64,000 nt of DNA, taken from an uncultured bacterium. GTDB taxonomy: Bacteria > Patescibacteriota > Minisyncoccia > Phycocordibacterales > UBA11359. The notes beneath the pieces were generated by a model. It ran no database searches and was not told the origin of the DNA. It worked only from the letters and a program-made list of their open reading frames with translations. Below are positions 20,687-30,406 of this stretch, one piece after another. The translations under genes and the position numbers were made by a program. Positions within the stretch are counted from its first letter, which is position 1. Every line of letters begins with the position of its first letter. Location: assembly GCA_903831815.1 (NCBI GenBank), contig CAIKZC010000005.1, forward strand, positions 69-64,068, read 5' to 3'.

Positions 20687-22435
20687 CTATAGAGCTTTGT
20701 CTTTAATTTCCGATTGGAGTTTGGCGAGGGTTTCTTCGACGGTCATTTGACCGAGTTGGCCTTTGGTGCGATGTTCGAGAGCGATCTTTTTAGCTTCAAC
20801 TTCTTTGGCTCCGATGACGATCCAGTACGGCAGTTTTTCAATCTTGGCATTTCGGACTTTTTTACCGAGACCGTCACGAGAGTTATCAAGCTCGGCGCGT
20901 ATACCGACGGCTTTTAGTTTTTCCGTGACTTCGAGCGCAAAATTTAAGAAATCATCAGTGACAGGCAAGACTGCAACTTGAACCGGTGAAAGCCAAAGAG
21001 GGAAGTTGCCGGCAAGGTGTTCTATGAGAGTTGCAGAAAAACGTTCGATGGAACCCATGATGGCACAGTGGATCATAACGATTTGCTCCTTCTTACCTTC
21101 TTCGTTAGTGCAAAAAAGTTTGAAGCGCTCCGGCATGTTGAAGTCGAGCTGAATCGTAGCAACTTGTAGCACTCGGCCGATAGAATCATGAGCGATGAAG
21201 TCAAGTTTTGGTCCGTAGAAAGCGGCCTCACCCGTACCATCTATCCACTCGACACCTCGTTTTTCAATAAGTTTTTTAATGGCATTTTCTGCTTTGTTCC
21301 ACGTTTCTTTTGTTCCTAAATATTTTTCAATGTGAGCCGGATCGTGGCGAGAGAATCTAACTTGAAGATTTGAGAAGCCAAAAGTTTTGTAAAATTTATC
21401 GACAATATCCCAAACGGCGAACATTTCATCTTCTATCTGATTTTCGCGACAGAAAACATGGGCATCATCTTGGGTGATTGAAAGCACGCGTGAAAGTCCG
21501 GAAAGCTCGCCTGATTGTTCGTCGCGATAGACCATCGTCGTCTCGGCATAGCGCTGAGGCATATCTCGGTAACTGCGCATGCTGGAATCGAAGATCTGCG
21601 TATGGTGGGGGCAGTTCATTGGTTTCAAAGCGTACTCATGACCCTCTCGTGTTTTTATTTTAAATAAATCATCGCCATATTTTGCCCAGTGACCCGAAGT
21701 TTCATAAAGAGCGCGCTTCGTGATGTGAGGAATCGTGACTCTTTGATATCCTTTAGCTTTTCGAAGTTCCCAAACGTAATCATTTAAAGCATCGCGCATG
21801 ATTGTGCCTTTTGGAGTCCAGAGTGGCAAACCGGGACCAACCAAATCGGAAAAGACAAAAAGGCCGAGCTCCTTGCCAAGTTTCTTGTGATCACGTTTCA
21901 AAGCTTCCTCTTTCTGAGCAAGGTACGCATCGAGCTCGGCCTTGCTTTCAAAAGCCAAACCGTAAATACGAGTCAACATTTTATTTTTCTCATCACCGCG
22001 CCAGTAAGCCCCGGCCACACGGTCTAGTTTGAAAGATTCGGGATCGATAGTTTGGGCGTCTTCCACGTGTCCTCCTCGACAGAGATCAGTAAATCTTCCG
22101 GAAGTATAGACCGTAACTTTTTCGCCTTTGGCAATAATTTCTTCAATGAGCTCAAGCTTGTAAGGATTATTTTTGAAAAGTTCACGAGCTTCGTCTGCGC
22201 TGATTTCTTTGCCTTCAAAAGTTTTCCAATCTTTGAGAGTGTCACGCATTTTCTTTTCTATTTTGGACAAATCTTTATCGGAAATCGGTGTGGCAAATTC
22301 AAAGTCATAATAAAAACCATTATCGACAGCAGGACCGATAGTGTTTTTAGTTTCAGGCCAAAGTCGTTGAACGGCGGCAGCCAAAAGGTGGGCGAGTGAG
22401 TGGCGAATAGACTCCATTTCTTGATGTGTTTTCAT
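20687..22435 (-). CDS. thrS: Threonyl-tRNA synthetase (no N-terminal TGS domain)
   Basis: HxxxH...CxxxH editing/second-domain motifs (IRHSLAHLL), class II catalytic motifs (FRDEQSGELSGLSRV, GTGEAAFYGPKLD) and a C-terminal anticodon-binding domain. Confidence 0.9.
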   Translation of the reverse strand: MKTHQEMESIRHSLAHLLAAAVQRLWPETKNTIGPAVDNGFYYDFEFATPISDKDLSKIEKKMRDTLKDWKTFEGKEISADEARELFKNNPYKLELIEEIIAKGEKVTVYTSGRFTDLCRGGHVEDAQTIDPESFKLDRVAGAYWRGDEKNKMLTRIYGLAFESKAELDAYLAQKEEALKRDHKKLGKELGLFVFSDLVGPGLPLWTPKGTIMRDALNDYVWELRKAKGYQRVTIPHITKRALYETSGHWAKYGDDLFKIKTREGHEYALKPMNCPHHTQIFDSSMRSYRDMPQRYAETTMVYRDEQSGELSGLSRVLSITQDDAHVFCRENQIEDEMFAVWDIVDKFYKTFGFSNLQVRFSRHDPAHIEKYLGTKETWNKAENAIKKLIEKRGVEWIDGTGEAAFYGPKLDFIAHDSIGRVLQVATIQLDFNMPERFKLFCTNEEGKKEQIVMIHCAIMGSIERFSATLIEHLAGNFPLWLSPVQVAVLPVTDDFLNFALEVTEKLKAVGIRAELDNSRDGLGKKVRNAKIEKLPYWIVIGAKEVEAKKIALEHRTKGQLGQMTVEETLAKLQSEIKDKAL

Positions 22436-22643
22436 ACAGGGAATATTAGCACTTTTCGTGCTTTAGGCAAAACGTCAGAAAAAAGTAAAAAGCACCCTGC
22501 AAGTATCTTTTACTTTATTCTAATGTCTTTACAAATATAATATATAATGTATAATAATTTCAGATGGAAAATTGAAAAACTTGCGGTTCGCTTTCCTCGC
22601 GTGTTACGAGGAAGGTACGCTGCACTGTGAAAGGAGGTAGCTA

Positions 22644-23291
22644 ATGGCTACCAAAACCATAGGTGTGGAGCAAAGGTTCGAATTGCTGGCTAAACTGGCA
22701 GCTCACCTTGATTGGGACTCGATTGACTCAAGGTCTGTCCAAGAGATAATCGATCATCCGGCCATTCCCGGCCAGCAGTTTACTCTCTTCCTCAAGAACG
22801 GTTGTAGATTTTCGTTTGGCGACCTAAAGATCGCTCCCGCGCCCTTTGATCCAGTCGCTTTCATTAGTAAAGGATGGAATATCGTCCTCGAAGAACATGA
22901 CAAGATGACAGGAGGTCTCGTTGAAGTTGATTTTAATCAGGTCGACTTCGAGGACTGTCTCGAGGAAGGTGAGACCATGATCACTGGTGAAGTGAAACTG
23001 ACGCGTCTCAAAGAGCGTAAGCGGATCCGTTACGGCGCCGTCACTTTTATGGGTCTTCTGAACGATTATCAGACTCGGGAAGTGAACAGTGTTCTTGAAA
23101 CGCTATTCCGCACCAAAAGTATTGTCCACCTCGATTTCTTTGGTGATGTTCTGCTTGGCCCAAACGGTAACCGATGCGTGTTGTGTCTCGATAGGGTCAG
23201 TGGTGGTCGGTGGATTGGTACCTACCGCCCCCTCGCGATTCATTGGTATCGTCGGTTTCTAACCCCCGTTTGTTCGCAAGTCAGTGTTTGA
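22644..23291 (+). CDS. Hypothetical protein, GC-rich cassette B (paralog of cassette C)
   Basis: 215 aa, GC-enriched, strong SD GAAAGGAGGTAGCTA-ATG. Shares FD..F...GW.IV.EH and CV.CL..R..G..W.GTYR.L...W blocks with C. Confidence 0.6.
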   Translation: MATKTIGVEQRFELLAKLAAHLDWDSIDSRSVQEIIDHPAIPGQQFTLFLKNGCRFSFGDLKIAPAPFDPVAFISKGWNIVLEEHDKMTGGLVEVDFNQVDFEDCLEEGETMITGEVKLTRLKERKRIRYGAVTFMGLLNDYQTREVNSVLETLFRTKSIVHLDFFGDVLLGPNGNRCVLCLDRVSGGRWIGTYRPLAIHWYRRFLTPVCSQVSV

Positions 23292-23353
23292 CGCATTCCA
23301 ACGCGTAATTGTAAAAAATGGAAAAGCCCCTGCACTTCAAGTGCGGGGGTTTA
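23291..23353 (+). repeat. Cassette-boundary repeat R, copy 1 (contains terminator hairpin)
   Basis: ACGCATTCCAACGCGTAATTGTAAAAAATGGAAAAGCCCCTGCACTTCAAGTGCGGGGGTTTA recurs almost identically at 24181-24243. A degenerate copy (GTAAAAAGCACCCTGCAAGTATCTTTTAC) lies at about 22485-22514 upstream of B. The similarity extends about 25 nt into the 3' coding ends of B and C. Confidence 0.8.
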
Positions 23354-23564
23354 TTATTTTCGGATACCTTTACAAATACCATCAAATAATGTATAATATA
23401 CCAAGATTGAACGTTGAAAAACTTGCAAGTGGTCATAGCCAAAAGGTGCGGAAAGGCTCAATAATTCGGCATTTATTGGCTATGACTACCAATGTGGTAC
23501 GTCCTCTAGCAAAAACTTGTCAGCGTGTCCGTATTACGGGCGTGCTAAAACAAAGGAGACTGTC

Positions 23565-24179
23565 ATGAAGGCGGCAACAGCTGTCAACGGCGGTCCAGAT
23601 GAAGTTCGGGAAGAGGGTCGTCGGTTGCCCTATGAATTGCAGGGGCAACTGCATGCCAAGTTTGTGGAGTGTCTGAACCAGATAAAAGCGGGAAATTTTA
23701 GCGCGCAATATTTTGGGAATCTCCTGCAGAAAACAACTGAAGGGGTAAGGTTCGTCGAAGAGTACATCATTGATTTCGACACTGCACCATTCTGTCCAGA
23801 AGGCTGGATTGTGGTTGAACACAAACCATGTGGAACATGGAAGTTTAATCCCGAGCATGTTATACCCCATCTTTTTCCAAGACAAGAGGGTAGTGGGAAG
23901 ATTTTGGGTATAAATCTCCGCAAAGACCTCGCTCTGATGCCAGTCGTGAATGCCAACTTGCTGGATCATTTCTACCTGAAGAACCCGGAGTTAATCCCCA
24001 AAGAATGGGAATGGAAAGAGGTCTACTTCTGGGGGACTATCTACGAGGATGAGTTTTACAAGCTGTGCGTTCGCTGCCTTACACATCGAGACGGCATGTG
24101 GAAGTGGGGATACAGACATCTAACTTCTTTTTGGGGGTACAACGCTCCTGCTCTTGTCTTTGCAAGTTTCAGTGCCTAA
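23565..24179 (+). CDS. Hypothetical Trp-rich protein, GC-rich cassette C (paralog of B)
   Basis: 205 aa from ATG 23565, with SD AAGGAGACTGTC-ATG. Promoter/leader homologous to that of B (CTTTACAAATA...AATGTATAATA...TTGAAAAACTTGC). Confidence 0.6.
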   Translation: MKAATAVNGGPDEVREEGRRLPYELQGQLHAKFVECLNQIKAGNFSAQYFGNLLQKTTEGVRFVEEYIIDFDTAPFCPEGWIVVEHKPCGTWKFNPEHVIPHLFPRQEGSGKILGINLRKDLALMPVVNANLLDHFYLKNPELIPKEWEWKEVYFWGTIYEDEFYKLCVRCLTHRDGMWKWGYRHLTSFWGYNAPALVFASFSA

Positions 24180-24180
24180 A

Positions 24181-24243
24181 ACGCATTCCAACGCGTGATT
24201 GTAAAAAATGGAAAAGCCCCTGCACTTCAAGTGCGGGGGTTTA
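24181..24243 (+). repeat. Cassette-boundary repeat R, copy 2
   Basis: 62/63 identical to copy 1; the hairpin AAAAGCCCCTGCAC-TTCAA-GTGCGGGGGTTT is identical. Confidence 0.8.
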
Positions 24244-24259
24244 ATATTTATATATTAAG

Positions 24260-24368
24260 AAAAACAAAAACACTAGTTTGAGGGGGTCCGAGCCGCGACT
24301 GGCGGCGAGATTCAGGAAATTTCTAGCAAGAAATTTCCGTACCCGAACAACTAGTGTTTTTGTTTTTC
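24260..24368 (+). repeat. Palindromic intergenic element, copy 4 (core in B orientation)
   Basis: Outer arms AAAAACAAAAACACTAGTT / AACTAGTGTTTTTGTTTTTC. The core reverse complement contains AAATTTCT-TGCT-AGAAATTT and GCCGCC-AGTC-GCGGC hairpins. Lies between cassette C and the convergent dnaE. Confidence 0.8.
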
Positions 24369-24371
24369 TTC

Positions 24372-27300
24372 TTATTGAACTTTCTTGATGATCTCCGCGA
24401 GGACGCTCATGGCGCCGTTGCGTTCGGTAATTTTTCCTTTGATGGCGATGCAGGTGTCGGCGACTAAAATATCCTTGTATTTTTCAAAAGTTTTTGGAAA
24501 GGCGACGGCCTCCATGCTGCCGCTTTTGTCGGTAATTTTTATGAAAGCCATTTCACTGTCGTTTTTGGTTTTGATGACGCGAATCGTTTCAATGACACCG
24601 CAAATAATCGTGACGACGCCGGCTTTGAGAGTTTCTTTGCATTTGGCGATTTGTCCAATCGATTTTACTTTTTCAGTGTAAAGATCGAGAGGGTGACCGG
24701 AAATGTACAAACCAAGCAACTCTTTTTCCCAAGCTAATTTATCGGTCATGGTGGCTTCCGGCATTTTTTCAAGTTTGAGCCCTGTTGAAGCGCTACTTAA
24801 TCCCAAAAATAGGGAATCCTGCGGTGCGGCACCTTTTTCTTTGTTGTATGAAAGTATTCCTTCAATATTGCCGAGCAATTGACCACGTTCGCCGAAAGCG
24901 TCCATGGCACCTGCTTTGATCAGAGCTTCCAAAGATTTTTTGTTGAGATTGCGATCCTTGATACGATCGAGGAAATTTTCGAGTGATGAAAATTTGCCAC
25001 CTTTTTTTCGTTCGGCAATGATGAAACCTGAAATACCTTCGCCAAAGTTTTTAATCGTGTTGAGTCCGAAGCGGATCACATTTTTCTTTACAATTGTGCC
25101 GTCCGTTTTTGCAACTTCTTTTTTCAAAATCGTAAACTCTTCATGACTTTGGTTGACGTCGGGTGGCAAAACTTCGATACCCATACGTTTACATTCGGCG
25201 ATAGATTCGGCAACTTTTTCCACGTCACCTGATTCGGCTGAAAGTACGGCGGCCATATATTCGCCTGGGTGATTGGCTTTGAGGTAGGCGGTGATGTAAG
25301 CGACGCGACCATAGGAAACGGAGTGAGCTTTGTTAAAACCGTAGGCAGCAAATGGCTCGATCCAGAGCCAAATTTCCTGAGCTTTTTTCTCAGGCCAACC
25401 GGAATGTTTGATACAACCTTGAATGAATTTTTCTTTTTGCTTAGCCATTTCCTCCGGAATTTTTTTACCGACAGCCTTGCGGAATTTATCAACTTCACCC
25501 CAACTGTAGCCGGCGAGTTTGTTGGCCATCATGAGCAAGTCGTCCTGATAAACGAGAATACCGTAAGTTTTTTCCAAAATCGGTTTAAGAGCGGGGTCGA
25601 GATATTTAATTTTTGAATTATCGTGTTTGCGGGCAATGTAATCGGGAATAAATTGAATTGGGCCAGGACGATAAAGCGCGACCATGGCGTTGATATCATG
25701 AATGGTTGTTGGTTTGAGTTCAACGAGGAATTTGGTCATACCACTACCGTTGAGTTGGAAAGTGTCGGCGGTTTCGCCGCGAGCCAACATCGCGAAAGTT
25801 TTTTTGTCAGTGACCGGAATTGTGTCGACATCAAGTTGGATTTTTTCAGTGATGGCAATTAAACGAATCGCATCGGCAATAATTGAAAGGTTTTTAAGTC
25901 CAAGAAAGTCGAATTTTAGAAGACCGGCTTCTTCGACCGAATACATATCATATTGAGTGATGATCTTGTTTTCGCCTTTTGGATCGAACTGAAGGGGAGT
26001 GAAATCCATCAAGTCGGTCGGGGCAATCACGACGCCGGCGGCGTGAATACCAACGTGACGAGCGGAGCCTTCGATCTTCATAGCCATGTCAACAATGGTT
26101 TTGACTTCTTCACTTTCGTCGTACATTTTTTTGAGTTCGGGGGCTTCTTCGAGAGCGCGCTCTAGGGTCATCGGGAAACCTTGCGAGCCCATTGGCACGG
26201 CTTTAGCGATTGTGTCACTGAGTTGTATCGCGTACCCTAGAGCGCGCGCCGCATCTCGCACAGACCCGCGAGCCGCCATCGTTCCGAAAGTTCCGATTTG
26301 CGCCACTTTGTCGTGTCCGTATTTTTGACGAGCATATTCCACCATTTCGTCACGTCGATCATCGGCAAAGTCCATATCAATATCGGGCGCCGATGGACGT
26401 TCAGGGTTCAAAAATCTTTCGAAAGGAATTTGATATTCAAGCGGGTCGATATTGGTAATACCGGAAAGATATGTGACCATCGAACCGGAAACCGAACCTC
26501 TAATGTTCGAGAGGATTCCGTGTGTGCGGGCATAGTGCAACAAGTCGGCCACGACCAAAAAGTAAGGTGAATAACCTTTGTTTTTAATAACTTCCAATTC
26601 ATATTCAACACGTTTCAGGATGTCTTCAGTTTTTTGAACATTTCTTTTTTCAAATCCGGCATAAACAGTATCACGCAAAGCTTCATCATACGTTTTGCCT
26701 GCCGGCGCTTCAATGGCAGGAAAAACCCATGAACCAAGTACGATCTCCAAATTGCATTTGTCGACGATTTTCTGGACGTTTTCAATCGCTTCCGGCGTAT
26801 CTTTAAAACTTTCTTCCATTTGTTCCGGAGATCTAAAAGAAAAATCTTCTTCGTCGTCACCCCGATCGCTCGGATCATTGTTGGATTGCACGGAAAGCAA
26901 AGTCTGACGAGCTTTGCGGTCTTCGGGATTCATATAATAGATCTCATGCGCGGCAATCAGCGGAACACTTTTAGCTTTACTCAATTTCTTGAGGTCTTTC
27001 ATCAACGTGTCGTGATTTTCCAATTCCGGATGATTGGTGATCTCGAGGTAAAAATCATCACCAAAAGTTTTTTTGTAAAAGTCCAAACGTTCTTCCGCTT
27101 TTTCATGATCGGACATGCGGAGTGCTGTCGTAATGTCGCTACCGAGTGCCGGAGCGATTGCAATAATTCCTTCGCGATATTTTTCAAGCAACTCTCTGTC
27201 TACGCGAGGTTTGTAATAAAAACCTTCGAGGTGAGAATAAGTGACGATTTTAATTAAATTTTTGTAACCGATTGCATCTTTGGCGATCAGAATAAGACGG

Positions 27301-27560
27301 GAACGACGTTTGTCGATAGACTCTTTATCTTTGCGACCGCGAAGCGCGACATACGCATCCACTCCGATGATCGGTTTGATTCCTTCCTTTTTGCATTCTT
27401 TATAAAACTCGATCGTGGCATACATGTTGCCATTATCTGTGAGGGCAAGAGCCGACATTTCATATTTTTTGGCGGCTTTTACGAGGTCCGGAATTTTAGG
27501 TAGGGCATTAAGCAGGGAGTAGTGGGAGTGGGTGTGGAGGTGCGAGAAGCGGGCTGTCAT
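24372..27560 (-). CDS. dnaE: DNA polymerase III alpha subunit
   Basis: N-terminal PHP domain (HLHTHSHYSLL), polymerase core motifs and a C-terminal OB region. 1062 aa. Leaderless-type start (TATAAT, then 6 nt, then ATG). Confidence 0.92.
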   Translation of the reverse strand: MTARFSHLHTHSHYSLLNALPKIPDLVKAAKKYEMSALALTDNGNMYATIEFYKECKKEGIKPIIGVDAYVALRGRKDKESIDKRRSRLILIAKDAIGYKNLIKIVTYSHLEGFYYKPRVDRELLEKYREGIIAIAPALGSDITTALRMSDHEKAEERLDFYKKTFGDDFYLEITNHPELENHDTLMKDLKKLSKAKSVPLIAAHEIYYMNPEDRKARQTLLSVQSNNDPSDRGDDEEDFSFRSPEQMEESFKDTPEAIENVQKIVDKCNLEIVLGSWVFPAIEAPAGKTYDEALRDTVYAGFEKRNVQKTEDILKRVEYELEVIKNKGYSPYFLVVADLLHYARTHGILSNIRGSVSGSMVTYLSGITNIDPLEYQIPFERFLNPERPSAPDIDMDFADDRRDEMVEYARQKYGHDKVAQIGTFGTMAARGSVRDAARALGYAIQLSDTIAKAVPMGSQGFPMTLERALEEAPELKKMYDESEEVKTIVDMAMKIEGSARHVGIHAAGVVIAPTDLMDFTPLQFDPKGENKIITQYDMYSVEEAGLLKFDFLGLKNLSIIADAIRLIAITEKIQLDVDTIPVTDKKTFAMLARGETADTFQLNGSGMTKFLVELKPTTIHDINAMVALYRPGPIQFIPDYIARKHDNSKIKYLDPALKPILEKTYGILVYQDDLLMMANKLAGYSWGEVDKFRKAVGKKIPEEMAKQKEKFIQGCIKHSGWPEKKAQEIWLWIEPFAAYGFNKAHSVSYGRVAYITAYLKANHPGEYMAAVLSAESGDVEKVAESIAECKRMGIEVLPPDVNQSHEEFTILKKEVAKTDGTIVKKNVIRFGLNTIKNFGEGISGFIIAERKKGGKFSSLENFLDRIKDRNLNKKSLEALIKAGAMDAFGERGQLLGNIEGILSYNKEKGAAPQDSLFLGLSSASTGLKLEKMPEATMTDKLAWEKELLGLYISGHPLDLYTEKVKSIGQIAKCKETLKAGVVTIICGVIETIRVIKTKNDSEMAFIKITDKSGSMEAVAFPKTFEKYKDILVADTCIAIKGKITERNGAMSVLAEIIKKVQ

Positions 27561-27613
27561 GGGTTCATTATACTATCAATTTTCAAAAAACTAAAAAGTA
27601 ACATTTGCTTCCA

Positions 27614-27709
27614 AAAATACTGTCTGCAGGGCACGGATAAATTTTTGCTAAAATTTTCCTCGTGTTCGCGCCGGTCGCGCTCACAAGTCCCTGCAGACAG
27701 TACTTTTGT
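27614..27709 (+). repeat. Palindromic intergenic element, copy 5 (core in A orientation)
   Basis: Outer arms AAAATACTGTCTGCAGGG / CCTGCAGACAGTACTTTT. Core GGGCACGG-ATAAATTTT-TGCT-AAAATTTTCC...TCGCGCCGGTCGCGCT...AGTCCC. Lies between the dnaE start and cassette D. Confidence 0.8.
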
Positions 27710-27838
27710 ACACAAATATTACATATTGCATTTATGTGTAATTTATGGCATTATGCAGCGCAGAATACGGTATCGAGCCACCTCAAACCCCGGCTATGTA
27801 GTCGGAAGGGGAATGTGCAGAAACCGTAAAGGAGTTCT

Positions 27839-28375
27839 ATGTCATACGTGTCACATTTTCTTTCTCTACCCTTTTACCAGCAAATTCCGGCGGCGGCACT
27901 CATCGTTTTGATTGCTGTCTGCCTACTCCGATTGGTCAGAAGACCTGGCTTATTTCGCGGTAGCAACTGGAAGCCTGTCGTTTGCATATGTTCTAATGGC
28001 CGTGGTCAAATTGGGGTTGTTCTCCAACGTGATAAGCGCAAAGCTTCCAAATCGCATTGGAAAGAAATGCGGAAGTATATCAAGGAAGATAAAAAGAAGG
28101 GGAAAATCTACTCACCCAGAGTGTGGCGTCCCGTAATCGAATACGGATCAAAATTCGATAGGGACATGGTCTTTGTTTTTGATCATGACAATAACGGGTT
28201 GAAACAATTACTCGACTTATGTCTTGTTGAAGAAGACAACTTTTTTGTTTATTTTGAGCCAGTTCCTGATGGAAACAAAACGTTCAAAGATGCCTACCGG
28301 CACTTCTTCGGTCGGGAATACCAACTTCCGTGGCCAGAGAATGACGATGCCTGTTGGTGGCTTGGTAAGGCTTGA
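27839..28375 (+). CDS. Hypothetical protein with N-terminal TM helix, GC-rich cassette D
   Basis: 178 aa, GC-enriched, SD AAAGGAGTTCT-ATG. Own terminator at 28398-28436 (CCCGAGGAAGCGC...GCGCTTTCTCGGG followed by a T-run). Confidence 0.55.
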   Translation: MSYVSHFLSLPFYQQIPAAALIVLIAVCLLRLVRRPGLFRGSNWKPVVCICSNGRGQIGVVLQRDKRKASKSHWKEMRKYIKEDKKKGKIYSPRVWRPVIEYGSKFDRDMVFVFDHDNNGLKQLLDLCLVEEDNFFVYFEPVPDGNKTFKDAYRHFFGREYQLPWPENDDACWWLGKA

Positions 28376-28474
28376 TTGAGTGGTGACGAGATTGTGTCCC
28401 GAGGAAGCGCTTGCGCTTTCTCGGGTCTTTTTTGTATTTTATATTCATCACATTTTGAGTGCTATAATTAAAAA

Positions 28475-29116
28475 GTGAAAGTTTCTAAAAATATTAAATA
28501 CATAATTGGCATTGATGAAGCAGGGAGAGGACCTCTGGCGGGACCGGTCTCCGTTGGTGTGTGTTTGTTGTCGGCTAAAATGACGCGAAATAATTTTAGA
28601 GGCATTCGCGACTCCAAAAAACTTTCGGAAAAAATGCGAGATGTGTGGTTTGCAAAAATGTGCGAGAAGCAAGAGAAATTTAATTACAAAAAATTAAATA
28701 CACCGGATGCTCTGGATTTTTCGGTGACCTTAATTTCAAATAAAATAATTGACCGACGTGGAATTAATTTTGCGATCAGAAAAGCCATGAACGACTCGCT
28801 TAAAAAACTTCAGTTAAAAAATAAATTAAAACCATGCGAGTGTCTGGTTTTACTGGATGGTGGACTTCGTGCGCCCGCGGAATTTCCTTTTCAAAAAACA
28901 ATCATCAAAGGCGACGAAAAAGAATTTTCAATTTCACTCGCGTCCATTGCAGCCAAAGTAACCCGTGATGCCTATATGAAAAAACTAGCCAAAAAGCACC
29001 CACTTTACGGTTTTGAAGTTCATAAGGGCTATGGCACTGCCAAACATATTACTGCTATCAAAAAAGAGGGAACTAGCCTTATTCATAGGGCTAGTTTCCT
29101 GCGAAATATCGTCTAA
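28475..29116 (+). CDS. rnhB: Ribonuclease HII (GTG start, leaderless-type)
   Basis: IIGIDEAGRGPLAGPV catalytic DEDD signature plus later D..KG motifs. Confidence 0.9.
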   Translation: MKVSKNIKYIIGIDEAGRGPLAGPVSVGVCLLSAKMTRNNFRGIRDSKKLSEKMRDVWFAKMCEKQEKFNYKKLNTPDALDFSVTLISNKIIDRRGINFAIRKAMNDSLKKLQLKNKLKPCECLVLLDGGLRAPAEFPFQKTIIKGDEKEFSISLASIAAKVTRDAYMKKLAKKHPLYGFEVHKGYGTAKHITAIKKEGTSLIHRASFLRNIV

Positions 29117-29124
29117 TTTAATGC

Positions 29125-29152
29125 TTGACTTTTAGGTCAAATATGCTATAAT
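29125..29152 (+). promoter_or_regulatory. Consensus sigma70 promoter for cassette E
   Basis: TTGACT-17nt-TATAAT, then an about 80-nt leader. Confidence 0.65.
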
Positions 29153-29233
29153 ACCTTCAGAGTGAATGGGGGCCAATTCGGCAACCTGCTCTTTGATACA
29201 AAGTAATGTTCTAGTTTGAAAGGCGGGTCAGCT

Positions 29234-30010
29234 ATGATCGGTGAACACCCTACAATCGTTCGTTTAGAGCCCTCGGTTCAGCAGAATCAGGGGGAGTCGG
29301 CAATTCCGGTTGAAAAACCTGTCGCGCCGGACGCAGTTGTTCGGCCGGCAACAGTTCAGCCAGCAAAGACACTTGAGGAAACTATTAAGCAGATTCCTCG
29401 TGTTCAGGCCTCGTGGGCAAAAGATGGTGTCACATCCTTCTATTGTGGAATCTTTGCGGCTCTTTGGCAGAATGAGGGACTTTGTTTCCGAACAATCCCC
29501 TCGTTCAGTCCGAAGTTCAGAACGACCCAGTTCAAGGCTCCTGGTGGAGACGATAACCAGACGTACGAGATTCCTGTTGATTGTGCCGCAAGGGAATGGA
29601 AAGAGGAGGTCATGAAGCCTCATTCCAAGGTTTTCTTGCCGACTGCGGATATCAGATGTATTTATGTGCGTGACGTTCAACCGGATGAAAAGTTCCCGGA
29701 CGGCATCCACAGGAAATCGTTCTGGTTCGTCTGGGAGAATTCTTTGCCGAACTACCGTAATGCGGGTGTTCATTTCCGGACGAACAATAAGGATGATGGC
29801 GACAACATCCTGCTCCCGCCTGTAATGAAGCAGGCCACTTGGCTTGCAGGCAATATCTACAAGACGCATCTGCACGCCTTGGCTCTTGCCATCTTGACTG
29901 CAGTCAATGATGACGATCGTCTTCTGGAAGTTGTTCCTGAGAGACTGCTCGATTGGGCAGAGCTTCCCGAACATGTCGTTGGTGGGAGGCCGATCTACTA
30001 CAGGGCCTGA
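29234..30010 (+). CDS. Hypothetical protein, GC-rich cassette E
   Basis: 259 aa from ATG 29234, GC-enriched. Own terminator at 30045-30094. Confidence 0.55.
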   Translation: MIGEHPTIVRLEPSVQQNQGESAIPVEKPVAPDAVVRPATVQPAKTLEETIKQIPRVQASWAKDGVTSFYCGIFAALWQNEGLCFRTIPSFSPKFRTTQFKAPGGDDNQTYEIPVDCAAREWKEEVMKPHSKVFLPTADIRCIYVRDVQPDEKFPDGIHRKSFWFVWENSLPNYRNAGVHFRTNNKDDGDNILLPPVMKQATWLAGNIYKTHLHALALAILTAVNDDDRLLEVVPERLLDWAELPEHVVGGRPIYYRA

Positions 30011-30138
30011 GACAAGACACAATCGCTTTCTTTTAGTAGGTCGCGAGCCGCTGAGATTTTACACACCAAGTGTGCGACTTCTCGGCGGTTTTTTCTTACG
30101 CTTGATAAATTTAATAAGTAGTGTATACTAGCCCTTAT

Positions 30139-30363
30139 ATGGTAAATCACATGCGACACACGCACTCTCAGAGTGCACAACGACGTTCACATCACGCCCT
30201 TGCTGGGGTGCGTGTTACCCTTTGTGAAAGCTGCGGATCACCCCGAATGAACCACCGAGCCTGCACCAATTGCGGTAAATACAACAAGCGCGAAGCTTTA
30301 AATGTTTATAAAAATTTAGATAAAAAAGCTAAAAAAACCAAAGAAAAAGTCGCAAGAAGTTAG
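30139..30363 (+). CDS. rpmF: 50S ribosomal protein L32
   Basis: RRSHHAL block and paired CxxC (CESCG...CTNCG). Leaderless-type: TATACT, then 9 nt, then ATG. GTG at 30121 is an alternative start. Confidence 0.8.
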   Translation: MVNHMRHTHSQSAQRRSHHALAGVRVTLCESCGSPRMNHRACTNCGKYNKREALNVYKNLDKKAKKTKEKVARS

Positions 30364-30406
30364 AAAAAATTAGAAGTTGTAGTTCTTTAAGTTCTTACAA
30401 AAAAAT

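Noticed and set aside
22644-23291. Synthetic or engineered origin of the GC-rich cassettes, prompted by the density of 6-bp restriction palindromes in cassette B (GTCGAC, CTCGAG, GGATCC, GGTACC)
   Set aside because: Such palindromes are expected more often in GC-balanced sequence. There are no vector hallmarks such as tags, multiple cloning sites or selectable markers. Cassette C is a diverged paralog of B, which implies natural evolution. This cannot be excluded without database searches.
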